64,000 nt of DNA. Source: Macrostomum lignano (taxonomy: Eukaryota). Both the position numbers and the translations under genes were made by a program. The stretch's first letter is position 1. Each line of letters starts with the position of its first letter. The notes under the pieces were generated by a model, which was given only the letters and a program-made list of their open reading frames with translations, was not told the DNA's origin and made no database searches. The stretch is taken from contig NIVC01002602.1 of assembly GCA_002269645.1 (NCBI GenBank), forward strand, positions 62,001 to 126,000, written 5' to 3'. This document shows, piece by piece, positions 1-13,240 of the stretch.

Positions 1-72
<72 letters not shown>
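1..72. repeat. (GATA)n microsatellite, truncated by window edge
   Basis: Direct reading: gatagatagata... Confidence 0.98.
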
Positions 73-73
<1 letters not shown>

Positions 74-590
74 GTGGATGCAAGCTGGAACGGTGAAAAT
101 AGCAAATTTAACAAGCACAATGCCTAATCTATCAAACAGACTAGCAGAAGTTGAGCCCCCTTTGCTTACAATTACTTGCAAGAAAATTGAATTTACTAAA
201 CAGCCTAGCAGCAAGTAACTTTAAAAAACAAATATTTTAAAAGCATTTGAAAAAAGCTCAATTAGTTAATTAATTATGCAGATGAGACACAAAAAATAAA
301 AATTAATCAACAATTATCTACTATGACAACACCTACTAGTATCATAACACAAGGTAAAAAATATGAAGTTAAAAAAGCCAGGATATTCCAGCAATGTTTA
401 TTAGCAAGGACAGCAGAAGTAATTTGAGTTGAGATATTTAAGGAGTAAAAAAACAATCAGTAAGTACACAATTTACTCAAATAGAAAGAAATCTTGAAGG
501 TATAAATTGTGCTTCAGTCTAATATATAAACTGCTATTTTTCTCTTATTACTTGTAACTTGGATTGTTTACCCTGTAGTTCTAATTTTAA

Positions 591-810
591 TGATTATGAT
601 CTAATCTTAGCGATTATGATCTAATCTTAACGATTATGATCTAATCTTAGCGATTATGATCTAATCTTAACGATAATGATCTAATCTTAACGATTTATGA
701 TCTAATCTCAACGATTATGATCTAATCTAATTTGAACGGTCATTATCTAATCTTAACGGACATGATCTAACCATTACAATGTTAGCGACTACTATCTAAT
801 CTTAGCTATT
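591..810. repeat. ~20-bp minisatellite (GATTATGATCTAATCTTAAC) directly 3' of the MAM gene stop
   Basis: About 10 degenerate tandem copies. Confidence 0.9.
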
Positions 811-3526
811 TTAACTGCCTTGCTGATCAGACGAGAGAGTCGGGCTGAACCTACGCGGCACAGTCGGCGCCCCAGCATCCGAGCCCAGCAGGCGACTGGC
901 AGCCGTCTGCTCATCATCTTCGTCGCCACATTCGCTACTGCTAGCGTCGGGATCGCGAAAGCACTCGAGATCTTTGCCTGGACAGGACAGAGACAGGCTG
1001 GTTGAGTGCTGGCGCTGTGCAGCCGGCGGCGGAGCCGAGCCCGACGTCGGAGATTGCGTCGGTGTTGACGTCGGCTGCGTCGGCGTCGGCGGGCCGAAAC
1101 GTTCGGCCGACATCACAAAAGTACACGTGGCCGGGATGCTTAGCGGCCGGTGGCAGCGACTGCCGCAGGCTGATGCGGACGTTTCTGGTAGCTGGGCAGC
1201 CGCCGCCGCCGCAGCCATGGACTGCGCATTAGAAATTTGACTTAATAAATTTAAATAAACCAGACCTTGCCTAACAATGAATATTGATCCTGAAATTCCC
1301 GACCTCAAATCCTCAGATCATTATGATCCCAAAATCTTGATCTTGAATACCCAGATCCCAAATTCCCAGATCATGATCTCAAAATCTTGATTTTAAATAC
1401 CAAGATTCCAAATTTCCTAAACACCCAGACCCTGATCCCAAAATCTTGATCCCAAATCCCCAGATCCTGATCCCAAAATCTTGATCCCAAATCACCAGAT
1501 CCTGATCCCAAAATCTTGATCCCAAATCCCCAGGTCCTGATCCAAAAGTCTCGATCCCAAATCCCCAGACCCTGATCCCAAAATCTTGATCCCAAATCCC
1601 CAGACCCTGATCCCAAAATCTTGATCCCAAATCCCCAGATCCTGATCCCAAAATCTCGATCCCAAATCACCAGATCCTGATCCCAAATCTTGATCCCAAA
1701 TCCCCAGATCCTGATCCCAAAATCTCGACCCCAAATCCCCATATCCTGATCGCAAAATCTTAATCCCAAATCCCCAGATCCTGATCCCAAAATCTTAATC
1801 CCAAATCCTCCAGCTCAGCTGGCTAAACGCACATCCCAAATCCCAAGATCTCAAAGCATTTATTGAACAGTTAAACCAACCGTTTGGTGGTGATGCGCGG
1901 ACAGTCTTAAAGCTACCCGAGAATTATCGCTCGGACTGTCGCCAACGGCAGCCGCAGGCGCGGTCGTCGTAGTCGTCGCCGATCTCTCGCCGTCGTCTCT
2001 GCCAGCACCTGGGCCGCCTGGCAGCAGCGGAAGCTGCGAATTCGGCCTCTGCTGAGACATCCGCGGCACCGGCGGCGGCGGCGGCGTTCTCGGCGTTGTC
2101 TGTCGACGCCGTCGCTTCTCTTCGACAGCGGATGATGTCGAAGAAGGAACGGCGGCATTAACAGCATCCTCTTCGCCGCTAGAAGTCGAAGAGCAACAAG
2201 GACAAAACGACGAACTGGATCGATGCTGTTGTCGATGCCGAGAAAGCGACAGCGACAGAGCTAGGCCGACGGCCAGACAGACGCAGGACAGGCCGACAAA
2301 TGGAGCCAGCCAAAGGCGCGGGTCCACAGCCACCAGGCGGAGGCCCCAGTTCAGCTCGGCAGGATCAATGGGACAGCGTCCGGCATAAGCTGTTAAGTTG
2401 TCCAAGCAGACGCCGCAGGCATCAATTCTTAATCTACTCTGATTCCGACGGACGCTTAAGGAGACCTGGATAGGTAGGATTATAACATAGCATTTTAATC
2501 TGATAGGACTAGACAAGGACCGCGAATCATTTTAATTACTATAGAAGACCTTCTAATCCAGTAGGACTAGACAAGGACCGCTAATCATTTCAATTACCAT
2601 AGAAGACCTTCTAATCCAGTAGGATTAGACAAGGACCGCTAATCATTTCAATTACCATATAAGACCTTTTAATCCAGTAGGATTAGACAAGGACCGCTAA
2701 TCATTTCAATTACCATAGAAGACCTTTTAATCCAGTAGGATTAGACAAGGACGGCTCATCATTTAAATTACTATAGAAGACCTTCTAATCCATTGGGTCT
2801 AAACAAGGACCGCTAATCCTTTCTATTAAAATACAGGAGGCCTTCTAATCCAGTGAGTCTAGACAATGACTGCTAATCCTTTATTTTATCATTGAAGACC
2901 TTGTAATCCAGTGGATCTAGACAAGGACTGCTAATTCTTTCTTTTACTATTGAAGAAAGGTAGGTCCAGACAAGGATCGCTATCCTTGCTTTTACCATAG
3001 ACATTATATTCGGGAACTGCATAGATACTAATTCAACAAGCAATTAAGCACAGACTTTTAAGCTTGAACTAAAAAATGGAACTCTTACCTGCGATCCAGT
3101 CCAGCCAGCCCTGTTGCTGTTTCTATTGCCGCGGTCAGCTGATGGGTCAATATCTGCAGTCTCCAAGGACCAATTCACATCTGAATCGAGAGCGACAGTT
3201 AGCCTAGGCCTGCCGTCAATACAGCCGCGTCTTTCAGGGGTCAGGCGATAATTAAATAGCAGACACAGGTGCAAACTATGCGCCGTAGGGTACTGAGTGA
3301 AGGCGTACAATAAATAACCATTTCGCTGAGGTATAACGCATAAAATGCCAGTGTTTTCAACTGGCTCCATAAGCCATCCCTGCAGAGTGTACTGGCAGGC
3401 GTGATATTGATCGAAATCGCATGACAACTGTTTAGCAGCGGCTACAGCTGCCGCCGCCGATACAATTGCCGGCGAGCAGAAGCACAATTGCCAACAAATG
3501 ATTAGCAATAGACTCTGATAGAGCAT
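811..3526 (-). CDS. MAM-domain single-pass type I membrane protein, 3 exons (~477 aa)
   Basis: Exons 3526-3089, 2465-1881, 1221-811, all phase 0 with GT-AG. Signal peptide MLYQSLLLIICWQLCFC; MAM-like pattern LSCDFDQYHACQY..W..GYLLY..CLLFNY..GWTGSQ|VSL..LRIDA..CLDNL..GRC joined across intron 1; TM segment LWLAPFVGLSCVCLAVGLALSL; S/P/T-rich tail. The donor at 1880 (GTTGGT) and acceptor at 1222 are less certain. Confidence 0.75.
1310..1850. repeat. 35-bp minisatellite (GATCCCAAAATCTTGATCCCAAATCCCCAGATCCT) filling MAM gene intron 2
   Basis: Tandem copies read directly. Confidence 0.95.
2505..2995. repeat. 58-bp minisatellite filling MAM gene intron 1
   Basis: GTAGGA(C/T)TAGACAAGGACCGCTAATC recurs at 2561, 2619, 2677; decays rightwards. 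Confidence 0.92.
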
Positions 3527-3669
3527 TGCTGCTAAACCGCTGCACTGCCAACCTCGGTAAATAGATGTCGCATAAAAACCGATTGCTCTGTGCCCAGAAA
3601 ACATGGAGTACTATTAATAAATTATGCATACGATATTGTGGCTCACAAGGGCCGCAGCCAACTGAGCCA

Positions 3670-3833
3670 AGTTAAGTCGCAAAAATGTCCATCCGAAAAT
3701 AAACACAGTATTAATTAGATGACGAGGCATGTAGCCTTAATACGGTCATAGTTACTCCTGCCATTTACCTAAAATCACATTTTTCTTTCATAAGTCGCAT
3801 GGCCGATGTAAATGGGGGGGTCGCGCATGTATG
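3670..3833. mobile_element. Truncated hAT-type MITE (subfamily B)
   Basis: Ends in TCGCGCATGTATG like the family TIR; interior resembles the reverse complement of 6103-6375; left end not found. Confidence 0.65.
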
Positions 3834-4024
3834 GGAGATGAAGATTAGTTTGAACTAGAGTTCCACTATAACCAAAATTTCCCCTAGAATTAATTTACTG
3901 TACTAACAACTTTGCATAAAAGTTCAACCATTCACTATAACCTATCACTCATTAATGTACAATTCATTTATTATACAAAAATGCGACTTTTCTTAACTTT
4001 AACCCTCCCCTCCCCAACCATACA

Positions 4025-4322
4025 CATACATGCGCAACAGTCGGCCGAGTCGGCCGATCCGGCCGACCGATTTGGCGGCCAATCAAGGAAGTCGCAAAAA
4101 TGCCCACCCAAAAAAATACCAAAGTAGTGGTACTAAGTAGATGACGAGACATTTTTACTTAATAAGACAGTCATAGTTACTCCTGCCGTTTACCCAAAGT
4201 TGCGTTGATTTTGCTTTAGGGTTTTTTTACATGCAAGTCGCATTTTTGGCCAAAAACTACGTCGCATTTTTGTTAAAACTAAGTCGTATGGCCGACCGAA
4301 TTTTGGAGGTTGCGCATGTATG
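4025..4322. mobile_element. hAT-superfamily MITE (subfamily A), intact
   Basis: Perfect 14-bp TIR CATACATGCGCAAC/GTTGCGCATGTATG; 8-bp TSD ACCATACA (4017-4024, 4323-4330). 8-bp TSDs typify hAT. Confidence 0.92.
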
Positions 4323-5615
4323 ACCATACAACAAGCACATTGTGTCGAAAATTTCAGTTGCTTGAGTCTCCAATCCAACAAAGCCAAAAGAACTTAAGGG
4401 TTCTGCTCACAAAATCTATAAAAAACTGATTCATTTCTAACTGCTTTATCTAATTTATGTCTTAGCTATTTAAGTGGCTAATATCTATATCTGTATCTAT
4501 AACTTCATATAGCCATATCCATAGCTACAATGAAATTCTAGTTAAAAGTTGAGCTGGGTTGTCTATAAAAATGAGAGAATTTTTGACTTATCTAAATTAA
4601 TTTTGAACATTTGACATGGCATTGACTTTGGACCTTCAATAACAAATTGGTACCCAGCTTTATCCAGATTTAGATGCCTTAATAAGAACAAAACTAATAT
4701 TAAATTTACAAGTTCAAAAAGTAAAAGTTTCACATTTACATAAAATATATGAATATAGTATTTAGTCAGTCTAGTTAAGTAAAGATGTTAGCCAAGTTTT
4801 ATGAAATTCTATCAACAGACATTTTTTACTAATTATTACTCAACATTAACAATGCCATAAATAACAATAGTCATATGATAGATTGGTCTAAGTTATTGAT
4901 TTTTTCAACTTTTCACATTTCTTTAAATGCACAAACAGTTTAATATCAATGCATTTTAATATATAATGTTGGATGTTTTTAGATTTTGTACCTAGCCACT
5001 ATAAGAAACCTATGCCTTGCAACAAAGTTACATGTTTAAAAGTTTTATTGACAAAAGGCTAAAATTTCATATGCTGCAGTGTCTACTATGGAAAAAAACT
5101 GCTATGACATCAGTTCATATGTTAGATGCAATGAGCCAGTGTATTGTCTACCACTAAGTAGAGGAGTTTTGGGTCAAGATATACTAATGTTGCTGATTGA
5201 CCAAGATCAGGTTGTCTATACCATCCTATGTATCAAGACTTGGCTAATTGAATACTTTAGGATATTTTAAAGGATAATAATTATTTCACAGTTTGAAAGA
5301 TGACTAATAGGTTGCAGATTCTAAGATTTACAATCCAAAATTGCCTGGTAAGCATAGACTTTCTGAAGCTAAGCATTCATTGGGTCCCAAGGCCCAACAC
5401 TGCAATGCCAACAGATCTGCCAAGCTAACTTGCAACTTGTCCAATAGCAAAGTAGATAGAATATCTTTTGTGAACATATTTTCACTACCTATAAAACCTA
5501 GATCTTACATTTCAACCCAAAGATAAAACAATACTAAAAAATATATGACAACAGGTTCAATATTGCCCATAAAATCTTAATAGGATATACACTGCAAGAA
5601 GGTGATACTTACACT

Positions 5616-5700
5616 CATACATGCATAACCCCCTGATTTAAACTAGCCATGTGACTTACCTATAAAAACCCTAAAGAAAAATTAATGCAATAGTAGGTAA
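5616..5700. mobile_element. Fragment of hAT MITE subfamily B
   Basis: CATACATGCATAACCCCCTGATTTAAACTAGCCATGTGACTTA matches the start of 6103 copy. Confidence 0.6.
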
Positions 5701-6102
5701 ATCATTATTAGTTGCATAAAAAACCATGCAACTAATTTAAGTATCTGGGCATCTTAGCCATTGACCTAGATGCCATTGTTAGCAACTACAGCTAGCATGG
5801 TAGGCCTTCTATTTTCTCTGCTCTATCTTTAACTACCAGCTTGACACCAATAGCCTAAAGGTAGGCTTTTTTCTACTTGGCAATTGAGATGGTACTAAGG
5901 TATAAGCTAGAAGCTATTCCTATGATTGCTACTCATAGACATAAGGTGAGGCAAGCTTGGAGGCCTACCCTGCTATTATCATATCCTACATAATGCCCTA
6001 GCTAGGTTATCTAGTTCCCTAAATATGTGAGCAATGTCAAGCTAATAGCCTAGACCTATATGCCATCTCTGAGTTGCAATTTATAGAAGAGATGATGTTA
6101 TA

Positions 6103-6375
6103 CATACATGCGCAACCCCCCTGATTTACACTGGCCATGCGACTTACTTTTTGATCAAAAATGCAACTTACCTGTAAAAGAAACCCTAACGCAATTTTGG
6201 GTAAACGGCAGGAGTAACTATGACTGTCTTATAAGGTATAAATGCCTCGTCATCTAATTAGTACTATGTCTGTATTCTTCAGGCTGGGAATTTTTGCAAC
6301 TTACCCCTGGTCCACCACAATTTATGGTGGCCACTGGCCAGATTGGCCAGGTCGGCCAGCAGTTGCGCATGTATG
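6103..6375. mobile_element. hAT MITE (subfamily B), intact
   Basis: TIR CATACATGCGCAAC/GTTGCGCATGTATG; 8-bp TSD ATGTTATA both sides. Confidence 0.92.
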
Positions 6376-6644
6376 ATGTTATATATTAATTGGCCATTAC
6401 TTATAGACCTACACATATGGCAATAGAGTCTAGACTAGGACCAATCCCCTTGCCAATCTGCTGCTTTGCCTAGGCCTATCTTGTAAGAGACTGCTAAGGC
6501 TATGCCTAAGCCAAGCACACTGCATCACTTGGTATAAAAAGGGCCTATGGAACAATCTGTTGGGAAATTGTACCATACCATAGACCTAGAGTCAGCATAG
6601 GCCCTACAATATAGCTTTTGGCATATAAAAGACTAAAATATTGG

Positions 6645-8004
6645 GTATTTGTCCATTTCAGCGACAAACCATTTCGGCAATACCCATTTTGGCGATAGGT
6701 CGATTCGACAACAACCATTCTGGCAACAATTCTTAAATAGGATTTTGAATGTATTCTTATCTCATGGCAACAAAAATTTTCAGAACTTACACAAATTTAC
6801 AACCTTTGTTTAAATGTTGTTAAAACGAATTATAGTATAAAACTAGTGTTACATTAAACTTTAAAAGCTTTGTTAAAACTATGTTAAAATTTTTAATGTA
6901 AAACTTAATCAATGCGTCGACAGTATAAAACCTGGACACTGATGGACATTTAGATACCAAAAGTATGGTAAAATGAATGAATTACAATAAGAAATTAATG
7001 TTCAATAAAGTTCTTAAATTAAAGTTTGATGCTGCCATCTATGACATCCGTCACACTCCAGCCCTTGCTGCCTTTTTCAAACTCTGACCATACATGTGCA
7101 ACCTCCAAAATTCGGTCGGCCGTGCGACTTAGTTTTAACAAAAATGCGACGTAGTTTTTGGCCAAAAATGCGACTTACAAGTAAAAAACCCTAAAGCAAA
7201 ATTAACGCAACTTTGGGTAAACGGCAGGAGTAACTATGACTGTCTTATTCAGCCAAAATGCCTCGTCAGCTACTTAGTACTACTACTTGGGTGTTTTTTC
7301 GGGTGGGCATTTTTGCGACTTCCTTGGTTGGCCGCCAAATCGGTCGGCCGGATCGGCCGACTGTTGCGCATGTATGACTCTGACATTGCACACAATACAA
7401 CTAGACATGATTGGCTGACTGAGAAGTCAGCATATAATACCAACTGATTGCTTTTATAGCACCTCTTTCTTCACATTCTTTCCCCATTTTGCAAGCTACA
7501 ATGTGCTTCATGTTCTTATTATCTCCAATGAGCAATACATGTAAGCAACCGATTACGTACGCTGCAAGGCTTGCTTTGAATTGTGTATGATGAACTTTGA
7601 AAGTAGCACAATGGTGGTGCACTCTTATATTTGTGCCATTATTCTACTCTGCCACGTACGCTTGTACTATAGGCCTACTAATCAGATTGGATTTGATTAG
7701 ACGAGAGAAATGGGGTGGGTGAACTGATATTCACTTGGGCAAAGCATGATGTACATGATGTACATATGCATGACATTTGTGTACATGTGCAGACAAAGGG
7801 ATAGTGAAAATATCAATCAGATAATATAATAAGGCAAGTCTGAAACTTAGGCATTCAATTCCTAAGAGTGTCCTTTTTTTCTATGAGATAAGAAAACATT
7901 CAAAATCCTATTTAAGAATTGTTGCCGAAATGGTTATTGCTGAATTGACCTATTGCCAAAATGGGTGTCACTGAAATGGTTTGTCGCCAAAATGGACCCG
8001 ATTC
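6645..8004. mobile_element. Non-autonomous Mutator (MULE)-like element with ~120-bp TIRs
   Basis: 6645-6765 is the imperfect reverse complement of ~7885-8004; G...C termini; 9-bp TSD AAATATTGG (6636-6644, 8005-8013). Long TIR plus 9-bp TSD typifies Mutator. Confidence 0.8.
7089..7376. mobile_element. hAT MITE subfamily A nested inside the MULE-like element
   Basis: Reverse-orientation copy of 4025-4322; 8-bp TSD ACTCTGAC (7081-7088, 7377-7384). Confidence 0.93.
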
Positions 8005-10354
8005 AAATATTGGGCCTAGACTTTTATTGTAATGCAAAAAAGGTCCTACCTAATCTTATTCTTAATCCTTTATTGTCATAATGTTAAAAAGGTTCATTAT
8101 TATATTATTGCAATAGGTGGCCTAGGGCCTATTATAAGCCTACTGTTTTGGTAGGGCCAAGGGCCCAAGGCCTCTAATGTTTGACATACAACTACAAGGC
8201 CTATATGCCCTATATCACAAATAGATGTTTTTCTAGTTCAAAAAACTTGAATTTATGGTGTTATTAATATGTATAGGCCTAACTAAGGGGTCACTTTTTC
8301 TCAAATTTATTTAGGCTTACACCTAGATTTAAATTCAAGGTCTACACCTAGTCTCCAATGGAATTCACCATTAGGCCCTAGTTTAATAACTAGGCCTAAG
8401 TTAAATATAAAATGTACTATAAAGATAAGTATTATGCTTCAACCAAACAAAAGCTTAGTGGACCTCACCCACCACCAAAGCTAAGGAAGTAAGGCTGTAA
8501 GGACAGGCTAAAGACTATATATATATTTGCAGTAAATTGCAGTCTCTGTCTCTTGCTATAATAGCATTGATGCTATCTATAATGCCTCGGCCTAAAATAT
8601 ATTTCAAATGATTATTGCATCATAGCCATATAGAATTTTAACCCACAAATATGAAACCACTAAGATAAACCGCACTAAACCATTTAAATTTGAGGCCTAA
8701 AGTTCTAAACGGGCCAACGGCACAATGTAGAGTAAACTGAGCCAGCTGGCCCAATTTTAACTTTAAAGGCGAGGTCAAACGTCAAACGAAAAAACTTAAG
8801 TGCACATATATTGAATTCGTATCGATTACATTTAGTGCCCGGTATAGTAGGCCTAACGTGTGCTATTTAAAGTTAAAACTTTAATTCTGTGAAATTTATT
8901 ACCTTCGAAACGCTTCTTTGTTTTAACTAATGCATTTTGTTTCACCTGCTGTAAATGCGTAAATGCGTTTACGAACAAAACTTAAAATTAAAGGCAGTTA
9001 AAATTCAAAACCGTGATGTTGACAAAAAATAATATGGACCAAAAGTGGTGTAGTATAAAAAGTGGTGTAGTAGTTACTGTGCTGTAGCTATTTAGTCAAT
9101 TTCTTACAACCTATTTAAAAAGCACTGGCCGGCTGATTGTAGGGCATTGACACTTATCCCAATGTTACATAAAAATGTAACTGGACCTAGATTGAAAAAG
9201 CAAGGGCAGGGCTAAAAGCCCTTTCTTTTTAAGCTAGGCCTAAAGCTTTAGCCTTTTGGTTGGTAAATTAATCAATCGATCAATTAAGCCATGGTCCACA
9301 AAAAGTCTATTTAGCAATAGGCCTAGTCCTATCAGTGTTTTGTTTGGTATTACAGCTTAGTTTAGTTAGGAACAAACATTTTGCATTGCCTATCAATTAG
9401 GCCTTTAGGACTAGATGTATAAACTATAAATTATTATTGAGAAATAACTTTTTTTGACACTTGTTTATTCATTTAAGGAGTGTTTAATGTGACAATCTAG
9501 GCAGGCCTATCATTCAGTTAATATTATCAATCCCAATAGATAACAAAGGCCTGATAGGCCTAGCCTAGTACTAGTATTGTAGTAATTATAAGTGATAGGC
9601 CTAGGCCTACAACTTAGCATTTAGCATTAGCTATATCTAGTAATCTAGACTATAATGCCTATAAAAAAGTCATAGATTAGTAAGTTTTAAACATTTTTAT
9701 TTGATGTTTATATTTTTAGTTTAGTTCCATTGCCTAGGCTATACTATATAGACTTAGGCCAGGGCCTAATTATAATTTATTATATTTTCAATGTCTAAAT
9801 AGATGTATAACTCTTTCCCAGTTATAAAAATTGTACCTAGGGGCCTAGCCAACCTTCCCCCCTTCCGTGGTCAATAGTAGGTAAAGAAGTTCCCTTCTTT
9901 AACCACTCCTGCTCATTTGCTTTTTGGTTCCTAAAGGGCATAACAAAACAAAAAAATATTATCATAGATTTTTAGACTCATTTATAAATATTTTTCTAGA
10001 GATTTTTTCTAAATAAAAATATACTAAAAATGAGTTGTTTTTTTCTAAATGCTTATTTTAATTTAAAGCTTGCTTGTATAAAAACTTGCAGAATCAAAAT
10101 AATGAGTTCAACTTACTAGGTATCTACTAGAATAGGCTAAACTATAGATTAAGAAATATTACCATTCATGGAAGCTTTTGTCTCTTTCTTGATTTTCTCC
10201 TAGGCCTAGAAGTCTTTTGCTACCTTTTTCATTCAAATCTACATATAGAGCAGCACCATGATGCGAATCAAATGAAACTTGTGGGATTCAATGCCAATGC
10301 TAGCAACCATGGAATACAAGTCAAGTTTAGGAAATGCATCAACTGACACGCATA

Positions 10355-10652
10355 CATACATGCACAATAATCGGCTGAGTTGGCCAATCTGGTTGGCCAA
10401 CCGATTTGGTGGCCAACCAAGGAAGTCCCAAAATGCCCACCTAAAAAAACACTAAAGTAGTAGTACTAAGTAGCTAATGAGGCATTTTGGCTTAATAAGA
10501 CAGTTATAGTTATTCCTGCCATTTATCCAAAGTTGCATTAATTTTTCTTTAGGGTTCTTTTATATATAAGTTGCATTTTTGGTCTAAAACTATATTGCAT
10601 TTTTAAAACTAAGTCCCATAGCCAACCAAATTTTGGAGTTTGTGCATGTATG
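10355..10652. mobile_element. Old, CpG-decayed hAT MITE subfamily A
   Basis: Colinear with 4025-4322; degenerate TIRs; flanks CACGCATA / CATGTGTA look like a mutated 8-bp TSD. Confidence 0.85.
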
Positions 10653-12149
10653 CATGTGTAACGTCTCCTAGATTTCTAGAAAATCCACTATTATGGTTTA
10701 AATGTTGAATGATTGTTTTGGCATGAAGCTAAACTTGCAAGACATTGCTGCTTGGAAAAATCAACCCCTTAGTCCCTTCTCTATTCAACACATTTTTAAT
10801 GATGATAAGAGAGCAGGGCAACCATGAAGCTGTTTATATTTCAGTGTTAGAAATGAGTGCTGATTTGCACGGATCGCATTCAATTAATTTAAGCATGCTA
10901 AAAACCACTGCACTTGCAATGTAATATACAATCAACTGGTATACTTTGCATTTTTATGTATTTACACAATGTTGAATGGAATTAAGTCTTAAACCCAAGC
11001 TGTTCTAAGCATTTATCTGCTTCCATTGAGATTTTCCTGCCTTTGTTGATTGTGACAAAGGTAGACAGGATAATGACAAATAAATAGTGAAGTATTTTTA
11101 CTTCTTTGATGCTGTCTAAAGATAGCCTAGCAGATCTTGAAATCCCACCGCTGCTATTAGTGAAGTATAGACTGTTGTTTGCTATTGCTGTTTCCCAATC
11201 AATCACTTAAGGCTGTTGGCTGACTCTCCTAGGAAGCCTCCTAATTGCTCTTAGTAGCATTGGTAGATGCTATCACTAGCTTGCTTGGATCTTGTCCTTC
11301 AATGTGGGAGACTCTATGCTGAGCAAAATAAACAAGACTTAAGAACTCAGCGCGCTGTGTAGATTTGACAGTTTGCAATGGTGGATACCTCGTCAGCAGT
11401 CCTGCTGGGCTCAAGTATGGGGATTGGGGACTGTGCTAGTTTCTTATTATCTTAGTTGAGATTATCTGCACAAGCTCACAGTTAAAGATGGATTCAAAGT
11501 TAGAATAGTGTTTGCAAAGACTAGCGTGAGATGCGCAAGTCTTATAAGTTAGGACAATGCTTAGCCCAGACTTATAAAACAAAGGGCAATCAAGAGAGAG
11601 GTTGCCAAATGGAGGCACAAGAGGCCCATACTTATAGGATAGCGGATCAATTTCACTATACAGTGCAAACCCCCATTGCATCAGAGTACGCAAGACCACT
11701 CTCACTGCGCCCCCAACCTGGTGTGATTCAGTTCTATTTTTAGAAACAAGTGCAGAGCCTAGCTTGGGAGGCAAGGACACTGTTCTTAATTTAGAGACTA
11801 ATGCCTGTGATTGCATAAGGCGGCACAAAAAAGCACATAGCACCTGGGGCACGTGATATGCTACTGTATAAGCCAGAAAGAGAGTACAACCTGAACGCTG
11901 AACTCAGACTAAACAAATGCAGCCACATAAAAAAGGGGAGAGAGGCCAGACAGACAATAAACCAAGAGCAGGCTGAGTGGAGAAGCTTAGATACTTGAAA
12001 GGTAGAGGAACCAGAAAAAGGGAGACAAGGGATGAAATGCAGGCAGCCAAAAAAACAAACAGGAAAAAGGGAAAAGGAGGAAGAAAAGGGAGAGGGAGAG
12101 CTGCAACCAGCGGCAGTCAACAGCTCAAAAGGGCACAGGAGACTGCTGA

Positions 12150-13240
12150 CAAAAGTGGGGCACCTAACACTAAACTAGTGCTCACTTCAATAGTGGCATC
12201 CTGTTGCTTAACATTGGGACTAGTCAATTAGAGAATTCCACCTCCAGTGTGCACTAGTAACTGTCTAAAGGCTGAGCAAAATTGTCTCAGAGTCAGATTG
12301 TGATTTTAGCCATTTCAAAGTCTGATGGCATTAAAAATAACTCAAGAAAATCCTGCAACAACTTGTAAGTGCAAAGAAAGAAAAAACCACAACTTGAAAA
12401 CAAATACTTGGCAAAGGCCATAACAGTCTCATAATTCACCATGAAGCCAAGAAAGCCTGTTTTCTTTGCAGTTTCAACAAGTTTGCATCTTGACAGATTT
12501 TCAATCAAGACTTCTAAGAAGCTTAATTGAGTCAGTAAAGAAGTCAATAAAGTCTGACTGGTTGTCAGCACTTAGAGCCATTTTGGCCCCATAATTTACT
12601 AGTTGCTTGGAGTTAAAACATCAAACAAGTAATTCATGAGCTTAATAAAATCTGCTATCACAAGTACATCATGGTGCTTGAATCCAGCCAAAGCTTGCTG
12701 TTGTACCCTCTGCAAGGAGTCATCAACAGACTTACTAAAAAGCTAGGATGCCAAATAGACTTTCATCTTTAAATTGGCAAAGTTGATGTGATGCCTGCTT
12801 AGTTTATTTCCCAGTTTGAGCCCGTGACTCTCCTAAACTTGCTGCAATAGTGAAACATTTCCAATCAATATTCCTCCTATTCGGCCAAACTATTGTGCCC
12901 ATTGATTGCCACTGATTGCGAATCAGCTTCAACATATGAGGTGGATCAAGGAAGGTAGAAACCTGAATGCTTGGGTCATAGGATGAGGAAACATTATGAC
13001 AATTAAGTTGGAGAACTAATTTTAGCCCCAAGAAGTTCATTAGCTCAAATTATGTGCTGCATTCCATCGCATGTGAACAATGTGGCGACAATGCCAACCT
13101 GATAAAGCCTCTGAATTGATTCTTCTACAACACTAGACAAGAATTCACCATCCATACCATTTACTAGAAAATAACCCAATGGCAACTTCTAATAGTTCTT
13201 CAGACCCACAATAATTATATAAAACCATTATATAATTAGT
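12150..13240 (-). pseudogene. Decayed P-element/THAP9-type transposase
   Basis: Motifs in broken frames: KLPLGYFL, LYQVGIVATLFTCDG, FLDPPHMLKLIRN, NLKMKVYLASQLFSKSV, KKTGFLGF, LCTYKLLQDFLELF, NLTLRQFCSAFRQLL; many stops and frameshifts. May extend from ~11000 to ~14500 (faint W..CS.F..VP THAP-like trace at 14300-14500). Confidence 0.85.
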
